DNA from: an uncultured virus (IMG/VR IMGVR_UViG_3300000301_000004)
Taxonomy: Duplodnaviria > Heunggongvirae > Uroviricota > Caudoviricetes
DNA length: 20,000 nt
Virus record (IMG/VR): IMGVR_UViG_3300000301_000004
Reading direction: 5' to 3' (one strand)
Part shown: positions 1 through 8,801 of the stretch, piece after piece
Layout: every line of letters begins with the position of its first letter
Numbering within the stretch: the first letter of the stretch is position 1
The notes under the pieces: generated by a model
What the model was told of the DNA's origin: nothing
The model's database searches: none
What the model saw: the letters and a program-made list of their open reading frames with translations, nothing else
Translations under genes and position numbers: made by a program

Positions 1-1167
1 TATTTTAATAAAAAATTTCTTCGTCGTTTACAAAATATGGTTAGACAAGCGGTTGTTTCCGGAATTAATTGGTTTCAAGTTTATTATGATGAAGATGGAA
101 ATTTATTATTTAAAAGAATGCCCGATTATGAAATTATTCCTTTTTGGGCAGATGCAGACCATACAGTTTTAGATGCAGTAATTCGATTTTATGAAATTAT
201 GGAAATCAAGCCAAATGGAGATCAAATTCCACATCAAAAAATTGAATACTATACACCTCAAGGAGTTTGGTTTTATGAATTAACAGCTGGTGGAATACGA
301 ATTGATCCGGATAAAGAAAGTTTTGTTGATAGTCATTTTCGAATTAAGAAGAAGAAAACTAATGAAAATGGTTTAATTGATACAGATGAATTTGGAAATC
401 CTATTTATGTATCCGATCCTATGTCTTGGGGACGTGTTCCTTTTGTTTGTATTAAATATAACATGGAAGAATTGCCATTATTAAGATACATCAAAACTTT
501 AATAGATGACTATGATTCCATTACCAGTGATATTAGTGATCAAATTCATGATGTTCCTAATAGTATTCGTATTGTTAAAGGTTATGATGGCACAGATAAA
601 GATGAATTTATGCTTAATTTAAAGCAAACAAAAGTTGCCTATGTAACGGAAGAGGGCGATCTTACTAATTTAGATATACCTTTTAAATTAGAGGGAGCCG
701 AATTACATTTAAATCGTTTACGTAAAGATATTTATGAAGATGGTTCGGGTGTAGATACTCAACAAGATGAAATGCGAGATATTAGTGGTGAAGCTTTAAA
801 ATTTAAATATATTGATTTGTCTTTGGATTGTAACGATATAGGTGTGCAAGTAATTGAAGCATTAGAATCTCTTGCATGGTTTATTAAAGAACACGAAAAA
901 ACATTTAATAATAAAGATTTTACTTCTGAAGATTTCGATATCATCTTTAATACTGATATGATTACTAATGAAGCCCAAACAATTCTCGATTGTAAAAATA
1001 GTGAAGGTGTTATTAGTAAACAAACTATTGTTTCGAATCATCCATGGGTTATTGATCCAAAAGAAGAGATTCGTTTATTGGAAAAAGAACAAGAAGAAGA
1101 ACAACAAAAAGAACTTGATATGCAGTTAAAATTAACAAGAGCTTCTTATGGAGGAAATAATGAGTAA
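1..1167 (+). CDS. Phage portal protein, SPP1 gp6-like (5'-truncated by the window edge)
   Basis: Frame is open from base 1. Motifs WGRVPF, IKTLIDDYD, ISGEALKFKY.DL and SNHPWV.D...E are typical of SPP1-type portals; lies upstream of a MuF gene. Confidence 0.92.
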   Translation, partial: YFNKKFLRRLQNMVRQAVVSGINWFQVYYDEDGNLLFKRMPDYEIIPFWADADHTVLDAVIRFYEIMEIKPNGDQIPHQKIEYYTPQGVWFYELTAGGIRIDPDKESFVDSHFRIKKKKTNENGLIDTDEFGNPIYVSDPMSWGRVPFVCIKYNMEELPLLRYIKTLIDDYDSITSDISDQIHDVPNSIRIVKGYDGTDKDEFMLNLKQTKVAYVTEEGDLTNLDIPFKLEGAELHLNRLRKDIYEDGSGVDTQQDEMRDISGEALKFKYIDLSLDCNDIGVQVIEALESLAWFIKEHEKTFNNKDFTSEDFDIIFNTDMITNEAQTILDCKNSEGVISKQTIVSNHPWVIDPKEEIRLLEKEQEEEQQKELDMQLKLTRASYGGNNE

Positions 1168-2185
1168 TCAGGATTATTGGCAACAAAGAGCAGAACGTAA
1201 TTTGCAAGCTGTGGAAGATATTGCAGTTGATTATAATCTTGAATTAGCTAAAGAATATAAAAAAGTAATTAAAGAGCTTCAGGAAGAATTAATGCTTTTT
1301 TATGCTAAATATGCAGAAGAAAATAAAATTTCTTTGGAAATGGCTAAAAAAAGATTATCCGGTAAAGAATTATCAGAATTTAAAGAAATTATTCAGGATT
1401 ATATTGAACAGGCTTCACAGTATGATACTAAAAATGCTCAAAGTTACCTTAAAAATTTAAAGGAACTTCAAGATCGTGCAAGATTATCCAGATTAGAATT
1501 ATTAATAGCCGAATATAGGCATGCTATTGAAATGCTATTATTAAAACAGGAAGATCAACAACCGAATATATACCTACAAGGCTATGAAGATATGTATTAC
1601 CATACTTTATATGACGTGCAGACTTATTCTGGCGTAGGCATGTCCTTCACTACCCCTTCCAAAGATTTAGTTATTAGTGTTCTCTCACAAAATTATTTAG
1701 GAGAGGATTTTAGTGATCGTCTTTGGAAAAATAAAGAAATGCTAATTTATAATCTTAAAAAAGAAATGCAATTAGCTTTTGCGGCTGGAAAACCATCTAG
1801 ATATGTTGCTGATAAAATTGCCAGTGCTATGAATACACGCCAAGGTGTAGCAATGACTTTAGTCAGAACTGAAATGAATAATGTAGCAAATCAGGCGGCT
1901 TTACAAGCTTATACACAAGCTGGCATAAAAGAATATCAACTTTTAGCAACTTTGGATTTTAAAACATCAGAAATTTGTATAAGTATGGACGGTAGAATTT
2001 TTAAAGTATCTAAAGCTGAACGAGGGGTAAACTTTCCACCATTTCATCCAAATTGTAGAACAACAACTGTTCCAGTTATAGATGGGCAATCTTATACACA
2101 ACGCATTGCTAAAGAAGAAAGTTATTATACAGTTGATAAAAATATCAGTTATAAACAATGGTTAAAAGAATATGTAAATAAATAA
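1160..2185 (+). CDS. Minor head morphogenesis protein (SPP1 gp7 / MuF family)
   Basis: N-terminal YW..R, LVRTE, and ATLD.KTS.IC..MDG...PPFHPNCRTT signature. Start placed at ATG 1160 behind GGAGG (the ORF track starts at 1148). Confidence 0.92.
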   Translation: MSNQDYWQQRAERNLQAVEDIAVDYNLELAKEYKKVIKELQEELMLFYAKYAEENKISLEMAKKRLSGKELSEFKEIIQDYIEQASQYDTKNAQSYLKNLKELQDRARLSRLELLIAEYRHAIEMLLLKQEDQQPNIYLQGYEDMYYHTLYDVQTYSGVGMSFTTPSKDLVISVLSQNYLGEDFSDRLWKNKEMLIYNLKKEMQLAFAAGKPSRYVADKIASAMNTRQGVAMTLVRTEMNNVANQAALQAYTQAGIKEYQLLATLDFKTSEICISMDGRIFKVSKAERGVNFPPFHPNCRTTTVPVIDGQSYTQRIAKEESYYTVDKNISYKQWLKEYVNK

Positions 2186-2196
2186 GAACTTTTATA

Positions 2197-2225
2197 TTGA
2201 ATTTTAAGAATTTATATTGTATAAT
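2197..2225 (+). promoter_or_regulatory. Putative sigma-A/70 promoter upstream of the scaffold-capsid genes
   Basis: TTGAAT (2197-2202), 17-bp spacer, TATAAT (2220-2225) in the 2186-2277 intergenic gap. The AT-rich context lowers specificity. Confidence 0.6.
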
Positions 2226-2258
2226 GTACTCGTAGATGATTCTACGAGTACATTTTTT
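2223..2258 (+). terminator. Perfect 14-bp hairpin followed by a T-run (intrinsic terminator or operator)
   Basis: AATGTACTCGTAGA-tgat-TCTACGAGTACATT (2223-2254) followed by TTTT. Confidence 0.65.
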
Positions 2259-2277
2259 ATGAAAAGGAGCGAATGAT

Positions 2278-2889
2278 ATGACAAAAGAAGCCTTGATTGC
2301 TTTTGGCTTAACAGAAGAACAAGCAGAAAAAGCAATACAACTGCATAATGCAGCTATGGAAGGATATGTGCCTAAAGGGACTTATGATGTGCTAAAGGCA
2401 GAGAATGAAAACCTTGTTGCAACAGTCAACAGCAATAAAACAGAACTGGAAAAATTGAAAAAATTTGAAGGTACTAATGCTGAACTTGCCGCCAAAATCG
2501 AAAAACTTCAGGGCGAGGCTACTACGAAGGAAACTGAGTATAAAGAGCAGCTCGAAAAATTACGCAAAGTTAATGCAGTTGAATTAGCCTTATTAGCTGG
2601 CGAAAATAAACCGCACGATTTGCAACTTGTAAAAGGGTTAATCGATTTAAGTCTAATTAAATTAGATGGGGACAAGGTTGTTAGTGGACTGAAAGAACAG
2701 GTTGAATCTTTGCAAAAAGATAAATCTTTCTTGTTTAAACCTGCGGATAATCCTGGAAATCCTAGTGGCAATACACCGAGGGACAGTGATACCAATAAAA
2801 AAGAGCCTACAACAAGTGAAGATTTCGGTAAATCTTTAGCAAAACAAAAACTTCAAATGCTTGGGATTCAGACAGAAGGAGGAAATTAA
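2278..2889 (+). CDS. Capsid scaffolding protein (Phage_GP20-like)
   Basis: MTKEAL.AFGLTEEQ start, coiled-coil core, GLKEQVESLQKDKSFLF motif; sits before the capsid genes; AAGGAG RBS. Confidence 0.85.
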   Translation: MTKEALIAFGLTEEQAEKAIQLHNAAMEGYVPKGTYDVLKAENENLVATVNSNKTELEKLKKFEGTNAELAAKIEKLQGEATTKETEYKEQLEKLRKVNAVELALLAGENKPHDLQLVKGLIDLSLIKLDGDKVVSGLKEQVESLQKDKSFLFKPADNPGNPSGNTPRDSDTNKKEPTTSEDFGKSLAKQKLQMLGIQTEGGN

Positions 2890-2891
2890 AA

Positions 2892-3272
2892 ATGACAATG
2901 AAGTACAAAACTATTGCTTACGATTCTGCTAAGCATATTCTTGCAATGCCTGATCACTATGTACCTATTGCAAGAAAGGCCGCAAAAGCCACAGAGGCTG
3001 GTGGTATGGTAGTTAAAGAAGGTGATCGTTTTATTATTAAAGCGGGTACTATTTATCCGTCTAATGACAATAAAGCGATTGGTGTTGTATTGCAAGATTA
3101 TGATGTAACTGAAAGTGATGCTTCCATGGCTATTGTTTTACATGGATTTATTCGAGCAGATCGTTTACCTACTCAGCCATCAGATGCAGCACTTAAAAAT
3201 TTAAGAATGATTTATTTCTTAAAAGATGACATGACCATCTTACAACCTGCGGATGCGTCTGTTGGTGGTTAA
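2892..3272 (+). CDS. Probable head decoration protein
   Basis: 126 aa between scaffold and major capsid; IIKAGTIYP.ND..A.G....DVT and HGFI...RLP patterns. Confidence 0.65.
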   Translation: MTMKYKTIAYDSAKHILAMPDHYVPIARKAAKATEAGGMVVKEGDRFIIKAGTIYPSNDNKAIGVVLQDYDVTESDASMAIVLHGFIRADRLPTQPSDAALKNLRMIYFLKDDMTILQPADASVGG

Positions 3273-3297
3273 TTATTAGTAAAGGAGAATAATAGAA

Positions 3298-4377
3298 ATG
3301 AAATCTATTTTTGAAATTTTTGATTCAAAGGCCATTGCAGCTTATTGGACTGATGTTAATACAGCCATGAAAAATCCTATGATTGGTAGTCAATTTTTCC
3401 CCAATAATAAAAATAATGGTCTTGAGCTTGCATGGATTAAAGGTCGTAATCAACTTCCTGTTGCATTGCAACCGTCTGCTTTTGATACCAAAGCGACTTT
3501 AAGAGATCGTATTGGTGTTACTGAAGTTTCTACGGAAATGCCGTTCTTCCGTGAAGCAACTCGTATTGGTGAAAAAGAACGTCAGGATATTCAAAATCTG
3601 TTGGCTAAAGGCATTCCTTTTGCACAGCCTACTATTGCACGTGTATATGACGATATTACTCGTCTTGTAGATGGTGCATTGGTACAAGCAGAACGTATGC
3701 GTATGAGCTTGTTGGTAGATGGTACTATCTCTGTTACTGCAACCGCAGGCACTGGTCGTGATATTAGTTATCAATATAATTATGATCCTGACGGCGATTG
3801 GGCTTCCGACCATAAAATCACTTTGACTGGTGATGGTGTTTGGACTCAAGAAAAGAAAGCTGTAAATGATCCGATTGGTGACTTACTTGACGCAACAACT
3901 ACAATGGCTGATCAATATGGTGTCACTCTTACCCGTGCATTGATGACAACTAAAACATTGCGAGATATGTTGGCTTCTGAATCCATTAAGAAATTTATGA
4001 ATCCATTAGCAGCTCCGAATATGTTGGTTTCTAGCGCGCAGGCTAAATCCTTTGTAAGTCAAGAAACTCAACTTGAAATCATTACATATGATAAGATGTT
4101 CAAAGATGAACAAGGTGTTGACCATAAATTCTATCCTGATGGATATGTAACTTTGTTACCGAGTTATTCTTTAGGTAATACTTGGTTTGGTACTACTCCC
4201 GAAGAATATGATTTAATGAGCGGTAATTCTTCCGCTTCTGTTTCTGTTGTAGCTAATGGTGTTGCCATTACCACAGTTAAAGAACCACATCCGGTAAATG
4301 TATTTACTGTTGTAGATGCTATTATGCTGCCTTCCTTCGAAAGAATGGATGACATTTATGTAATGAAAGTTCAATAA
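3298..4377 (+). CDS. Major capsid protein (lambda gpE-like family)
   Basis: 359 aa; PSAFD, EMPFFRE, LG.TWFGTTPEE and LPSFE motifs; synteny. Confidence 0.88.
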   Translation: MKSIFEIFDSKAIAAYWTDVNTAMKNPMIGSQFFPNNKNNGLELAWIKGRNQLPVALQPSAFDTKATLRDRIGVTEVSTEMPFFREATRIGEKERQDIQNLLAKGIPFAQPTIARVYDDITRLVDGALVQAERMRMSLLVDGTISVTATAGTGRDISYQYNYDPDGDWASDHKITLTGDGVWTQEKKAVNDPIGDLLDATTTMADQYGVTLTRALMTTKTLRDMLASESIKKFMNPLAAPNMLVSSAQAKSFVSQETQLEIITYDKMFKDEQGVDHKFYPDGYVTLLPSYSLGNTWFGTTPEEYDLMSGNSSASVSVVANGVAITTVKEPHPVNVFTVVDAIMLPSFERMDDIYVMKVQ

Positions 4378-4391
4378 TTTAGGAGGCTAAT

Positions 4392-4601
4392 ATGTCTAAG
4401 GTTAAAGTACAGTTTCCCATAACTGTAAAATATAATCGTAAAGTATATCCTCCCTATACTGATATTATCGCCGATGAATCTGATCTTCCGGAAATGAAAA
4501 AATCTGGAGCTGTTGTTTTTGAAGAACAAGTAGAACAGGAAGAAAAACCTGTTGCAACTCCAAAAAGAAAAAAATCTAAATCTGGAAGATTAACGGAATG
4601 A
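4392..4601 (+). CDS. Small hypothetical head-associated protein
   Basis: AGGAGG RBS, 69 aa with a basic tail, directly after the capsid gene; ATGA overlap with the next gene. Confidence 0.7.
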   Translation: MSKVKVQFPITVKYNRKVYPPYTDIIADESDLPEMKKSGAVVFEEQVEQEEKPVATPKRKKSKSGRLTE

Positions 4602-5032
4602 AAATCGTTGATAAATCTTTAGTTATGGACATTGTAAAAGTAAAGCTCGGAGCGGATACACCCTCCGAGCCTTTACTAAAAATAACAGTAGATGAAATAG
4701 AACAGACTATTTTAAATTATTGTAATATTAATGAAATTCCTAAAGAATTAACTTATACTTTTGCGAATATGGTAGTTGACTTATTTAGGTATGAAGATGA
4801 GTTTATAAAGGCAACAACTGTTTCTGTAGAAGGTGAGGAGGAAGAAGCCGAGCCAGATGTGAATACAGGCAATATCAACTCTATAAGGGTAGGGGATACT
4901 ACTATAACCTTTGGAAGTGGTAGCGATACCTCTATATATAACAAGAATTTAAGAAGTCATCAAGCTAATTTAGATACTGTTGTTTTAGATTATGAATCCC
5001 AACTGAAGAAATTTCGGAGGTTAGTATGGTGA
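4598..5032 (+). CDS. Head-tail connector/adaptor protein (gp15/gp6-like)
   Basis: ILNYCNI.EIP.EL, SI.VGDT.I.F and L.KFRRL.W motifs. Confidence 0.8.
   Translation: MKIVDKSLVMDIVKVKLGADTPSEPLLKITVDEIEQTILNYCNINEIPKELTYTFANMVVDLFRYEDEFIKATTVSVEGEEEEAEPDVNTGNINSIRVGDTTITFGSGSDTSIYNKNLRSHQANLDTVVLDYESQLKKFRRLVW
4639..4677 (+). terminator. GC-rich hairpin early in the connector gene; possible attenuator after the capsid genes
   Basis: AGTAAAGCTCGGAG (4639-4652) pairs with CTCCGAGC-CTTTACT (4663-4677) with a 1-nt bulge; weak U-tract. Confidence 0.4.
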
Positions 5033-5418
5033 TAAAAATTGGTTTTACAAGAAAACTCTTTAAATCATTAATGTATAAAGACAGAATGGAAGTTTATCGG
5101 TTAGGTTTAACTATAGGGGAGGACTTTACTGTATCAAATGAACAATCCGTTCAGCCTATTTATACAAAAATTCCTTGTAAAATTAGTTTGAATTATCAAG
5201 ATTTACCGGAAGAAGATTCATTATTAATAAACCCAACAAATCAGCATATTGGAATTTTTTGTGATCCTTCCTATGATATTCGTAAAGGTGATAAGATTAA
5301 AGCTTATGTACTAGACGATCATGGAAATGTATTAGATACATATACAGATTATGCTGGTAGACCTGAAAAGCATACTTCCCATCAGCAGTTCGCTCTTGTA
5401 AATAGGGAGTTTGCCTAA
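5026..5418 (+). CDS. Probable head closure / head-tail joining protein
   Basis: Position; IPCKIS, IFCDP.YDI.KGDKI and SHQQ motifs. Confidence 0.65.
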   Translation: MVIKIGFTRKLFKSLMYKDRMEVYRLGLTIGEDFTVSNEQSVQPIYTKIPCKISLNYQDLPEEDSLLINPTNQHIGIFCDPSYDIRKGDKIKAYVLDDHGNVLDTYTDYAGRPEKHTSHQQFALVNREFA

Positions 5419-5888
5419 TGTCTATAAAATTTGATCATAAAGATTTTGACAAGTTTTTAAAAAATTTTGAGAACCTAGAAAAAGATTATGATTTATTTTG
5501 TCGTCAGTTTCTTTTAAAAGAGGCCATGAAGGTATTAGCTGACACAAAAGCACTAACTCCAGTTAAGACAGGGGATTTAAGAAATCGCTGGGAATTAACT
5601 CAAGTTTTTAAAACTGCTAAAGGTTATTATATTCAAATTTTCAATTCACTAGAATATGCGTCATATGTGGAAGATGGGCATAGGCAACAAGTCGGTAGAT
5701 TTGTTCCTGGAATTTTTGTTGGTGGGAAGTTTGTTTATACAAAAGGAGCTAAATCAGGAATAGTATTAAAAAAGCCTTTTGTAAATGGTTTTCATATGTG
5801 CCGGATCGCAATTGATAGATATGATGATACAATTAAAGCCAACTTTGAAGCTGCATTTAAAGCATTTTATAAAGGAAAAGGATTATGA
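5418..5888 (+). CDS. HK97 gp10-like tail completion/neck protein
   Basis: TPVKTGDLRNRW and N.LEYASYVEDGHR motifs; TAATG coupling with the previous gene. Confidence 0.85.
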   Translation: MSIKFDHKDFDKFLKNFENLEKDYDLFCRQFLLKEAMKVLADTKALTPVKTGDLRNRWELTQVFKTAKGYYIQIFNSLEYASYVEDGHRQQVGRFVPGIFVGGKFVYTKGAKSGIVLKKPFVNGFHMCRIAIDRYDDTIKANFEAAFKAFYKGKGL

Positions 5889-6382
5889 TTATACCAATTA
5901 AAGGCGATTTCATTATTAGTGCAATGGCAAAAAATATTGCAAATCGGTTAAAAAATGATTCTGTAGACCCACCAATAATTCCAACTATTTTTAAAAATAA
6001 GATAATGGAAGGTGCAGTAGAGCCCTTTTTCGTATTATCTGTAATTGATGTAACACAAGAAAATGGGATGACTGCTTCGGCTTGGAGAACATATCGAATG
6101 AAAGTCGAATATTATTTAGAAGAATCCGATTATGGTAGGCATAGTGAATATCGTGATATGGCTGAAAAATTGTTTGGTATTCTAAGAATGATCGACATTC
6201 CAGATAAACAAGATGGCGATGAAGTAGTAACAAGAAAAGCAAAGGCAAGTAAGATGAATTATCAAATTATTGAAAATGTCTTACAGTTCTTTGTTAATTA
6301 TAAAATTAAGGCAAAACTTATTTTGCCTGAAGAACCTAAAATGCAAGTTTTGGAAATTCAACGAATGGAGGATGAAGAATAA
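5885..6382 (+). CDS. Probable tail terminator protein
   Basis: Lies between the gp10-like gene and the sheath; EP.F and VLQFFV.Y patterns. Confidence 0.6.
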   Translation: MIIPIKGDFIISAMAKNIANRLKNDSVDPPIIPTIFKNKIMEGAVEPFFVLSVIDVTQENGMTASAWRTYRMKVEYYLEESDYGRHSEYRDMAEKLFGILRMIDIPDKQDGDEVVTRKAKASKMNYQIIENVLQFFVNYKIKAKLILPEEPKMQVLEIQRMEDEE

Positions 6383-7716
6383 TGGCAGGTGGAACTTTTG
6401 AAGCTATGAATAAAGTTCGTCCGGGTGCTTATATTAATTTTCAAAGCGCATCTCAGCCTTTGAATATGGTAGGCGATCGTGGAATTGCTACATTACCAAT
6501 TCAAATGAACTTTGGCGCTAATGATGTATTAATTAGTTTAACTCCAGAACAACTTTTAGATGGCTCCTGTGAAAGTATTATTGGCTGTAATATTATGGAT
6601 GAAGAATCTTTAATATATCAGCAAGTTTTGACAGATTGTTCTAAAGTTTTGCTTTTCCGTATGGATACTGGAGGCACTAAAGCAAAACTTATTTTAAACA
6701 ATCTTACGGCTACTGCGAAATATGCAGGTGTTGGCGGAAATAAAATTGCCGTTTCCGTGGTTGAAAATGGGTCTGCATTCGATGTTATTACTACTTTTAA
6801 TGGAATTGTTAAGGATACACAGACAGGGACTACTGTAGGCGATATCGAAAATAATGATTTTGTTGATTTTAGTGGTACAAGTTCAGCATCTTTAACAGCT
6901 GATGCGGGCGGGGAATTGGAAGATGGCACAAATGGAACTGTAGTTAATTCTAATTATACTCGTTATTTTGAATTGCTGAAAACTGCAAAATGGAATACAA
7001 TGGGTATCCCACTCGAAACATCAACTGAAATACACGCTCAAGTAAAATCCTTTATCAGTTATATGAGAGAAACAACCGGAACGAAAGTTCAGGCCGTTTT
7101 AAATAATATTGATGCGGATACAGAGGGCATTATTTCTACTCTTAATCAAGGTTATATATCCGCTCAGTATGAGATTACAGTTCCTATTTTTGTGGCTCGT
7201 GTAACTGGTATGAGTGCAGGTTGTGCAATTAATAAATCTTTAACTTATTATGCTTTTGAAGATGCAACAGAAATCATTAATCAATTGACACATGAACAAA
7301 TTATTGATGCTTTAAGAAGGGGTAAATTTATTCTTTCTTCTCGTCAAGATGGCGTTGTTGTTGTTGAACAGGATATTAATACATTGCATACGTTTACTGC
7401 ACTAAAAGATTATTCTTTTAGTAAAAACAGAGTAATTCGTACCATTGATCAAATTAATAATGATATTCGTTTATTATTTGAAAAGAGTTATTTAGGTAAA
7501 CAGAATAATAATGATGATGGTCGAGAAATATTTAAAGCCGATATCGTTGATTACTTAAATAAACTTCAAAAAATGGGCGCTATTCAGAATTTTGACGGCT
7601 CTACAGACATTACAATCAGACAAGGTGCTAACCTTGACGAAGTTGTAGTTGAATTGTATTTACAGCCTGTTGATTCAATGGAAAAATTGTATATGACAGT
7701 AACTATTCGTCGTTAA
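6382..7716 (+). CDS. Contractile tail sheath protein (XkdK-like)
   Basis: MAGGTF...NKVRPGAYINF start; EQDINT, FSKNRVIR and PVDSMEKLYMTV end. Confidence 0.95.
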   Translation: MAGGTFEAMNKVRPGAYINFQSASQPLNMVGDRGIATLPIQMNFGANDVLISLTPEQLLDGSCESIIGCNIMDEESLIYQQVLTDCSKVLLFRMDTGGTKAKLILNNLTATAKYAGVGGNKIAVSVVENGSAFDVITTFNGIVKDTQTGTTVGDIENNDFVDFSGTSSASLTADAGGELEDGTNGTVVNSNYTRYFELLKTAKWNTMGIPLETSTEIHAQVKSFISYMRETTGTKVQAVLNNIDADTEGIISTLNQGYISAQYEITVPIFVARVTGMSAGCAINKSLTYYAFEDATEIINQLTHEQIIDALRRGKFILSSRQDGVVVVEQDINTLHTFTALKDYSFSKNRVIRTIDQINNDIRLLFEKSYLGKQNNNDDGREIFKADIVDYLNKLQKMGAIQNFDGSTDITIRQGANLDEVVVELYLQPVDSMEKLYMTVTIRR

Positions 7717-7733
7717 GAAGGGAGGACTAAATA

Positions 7734-8213
7734 ATGTCACAGGAGTATGATTATTTACGAGCTGGCGATGCCGTTTCCGGTCAAGAAGGTTGGGCAACTA
7801 TGGTTGTTGACGGTGTCCTTACAGAATTGTTTATGATTAAGGATTGTACAATGACTTTCACAAAACGCAAGAAAGAATTTCGTTCTCTTGGTTTTCGTGG
7901 GGCGCAACATAAATCTTCTGGCTGGTCTGGTAAAGGTGAATTTACTCTTTACTATGTTTCTTCTGTATTTCGTAAACTTATGCGTGAATATGCTAAAACA
8001 GGTAAAGATTTATATTTCACTATTACTATCAAGAATAATGACCCAACTACCACAATCGGAAAACAGGTGTCTGCATTCTATTACTGCAATATTGATGAAG
8101 GGGTCTTGGCGAAATTAGATGTTGAAAGCGAAGTTTTGGAAGAGCCTATGACTTGCACATTCTCCGACTTTGAATATTTAGATTACTTTTCAAGCCCTAA
8201 TCCGGAAATTTAA
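7734..8213 (+). CDS. Tail tube protein (XkdM-like)
   Basis: DAVSGQEG, QHK..GW.G.G..T.YYV.S.F and N.DP....GKQ motifs; follows the sheath. Confidence 0.92.
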   Translation: MSQEYDYLRAGDAVSGQEGWATMVVDGVLTELFMIKDCTMTFTKRKKEFRSLGFRGAQHKSSGWSGKGEFTLYYVSSVFRKLMREYAKTGKDLYFTITIKNNDPTTTIGKQVSAFYYCNIDEGVLAKLDVESEVLEEPMTCTFSDFEYLDYFSSPNPEI

Positions 8214-8228
8214 TTGGAGGTTATTATA

Positions 8229-8603
8229 ATGGAACTTTTAGATCTTATTCGAAATCGTGATATACGTGATACAAAAGAAATTACTTTAAAAGGTGAGCTT
8301 GCAGGAATAACAATTACTATTAGAGCTATTGATGCCGATGAATGGCAAGAAGCTAGAGCTAGGGCAATTAAAATTAATGCAAAAGGTGAACCAACAGTTG
8401 ATAATATGGCATTATCCAGTAGCTTAATGGCTATTGGCTGTGTAAACCCTAATTTCCGTGACCCGGCTGTTTTAGGTGGTATTACAGTTCCAACGGAATT
8501 TATTAAAGCTAAATTTAAACCCGGCGAGATTGAATTTATTGCAAATAAAATCATGCAACATTCTGGCTATGGTGAAGAGGCTGTTGACACAGCAAAAAAG
8601 TAA
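8229..8603 (+). CDS. Tail assembly chaperone (XkdN-like), short form
   Basis: ATG 8229 behind GGAGG; V.PNF.D, PGE and SGY...V..AKK end; lies between tube and tape measure genes. Confidence 0.85.
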   Translation: MELLDLIRNRDIRDTKEITLKGELAGITITIRAIDADEWQEARARAIKINAKGEPTVDNMALSSSLMAIGCVNPNFRDPAVLGGITVPTEFIKAKFKPGEIEFIANKIMQHSGYGEEAVDTAKK

Positions 8604-8782
8604 AACAGCTCTTTAAAGAAGGAGATTCCGATACGGTGGCAGCATTTTGGTGTTTCAGAAGACTTCATTGGAAGCCTTCTGAATATCTAAATTTGCCAAT
8701 TTCAGAAAAAGCCTGTGTGCTGGCATTTATTGAAATCGCCGCTAAACAAGATGCTGAATTACAAAAGAAAACGAAAACATAA
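8600..8782 (+). CDS. -1 frameshift extension of the tail chaperone (absent from the ORF track)
   Basis: Slippery A AAA AAG (8594-8600) just before TAA. The -1 frame is open for 60 codons (VKQLFKEGDSDTVAAFWCFRRLHWKPSEYLNLPISEKACVLAFIEIAAKQDAELQKKTKT) and fills the gap to the tape measure RBS. Confidence 0.8.
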   Translation, partial: VKQLFKEGDSDTVAAFWCFRRLHWKPSEYLNLPISEKACVLAFIEIAAKQDAELQKKTKT

Positions 8783-8801
8783 AAGATAGCGAGGTTAGCC
8801 T

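Noticed and set aside
1160..2185. Possible MuF polymorphic toxin
   Set aside because: The protein ends shortly after the MuF domain, with no C-terminal toxin extension and no immunity gene.
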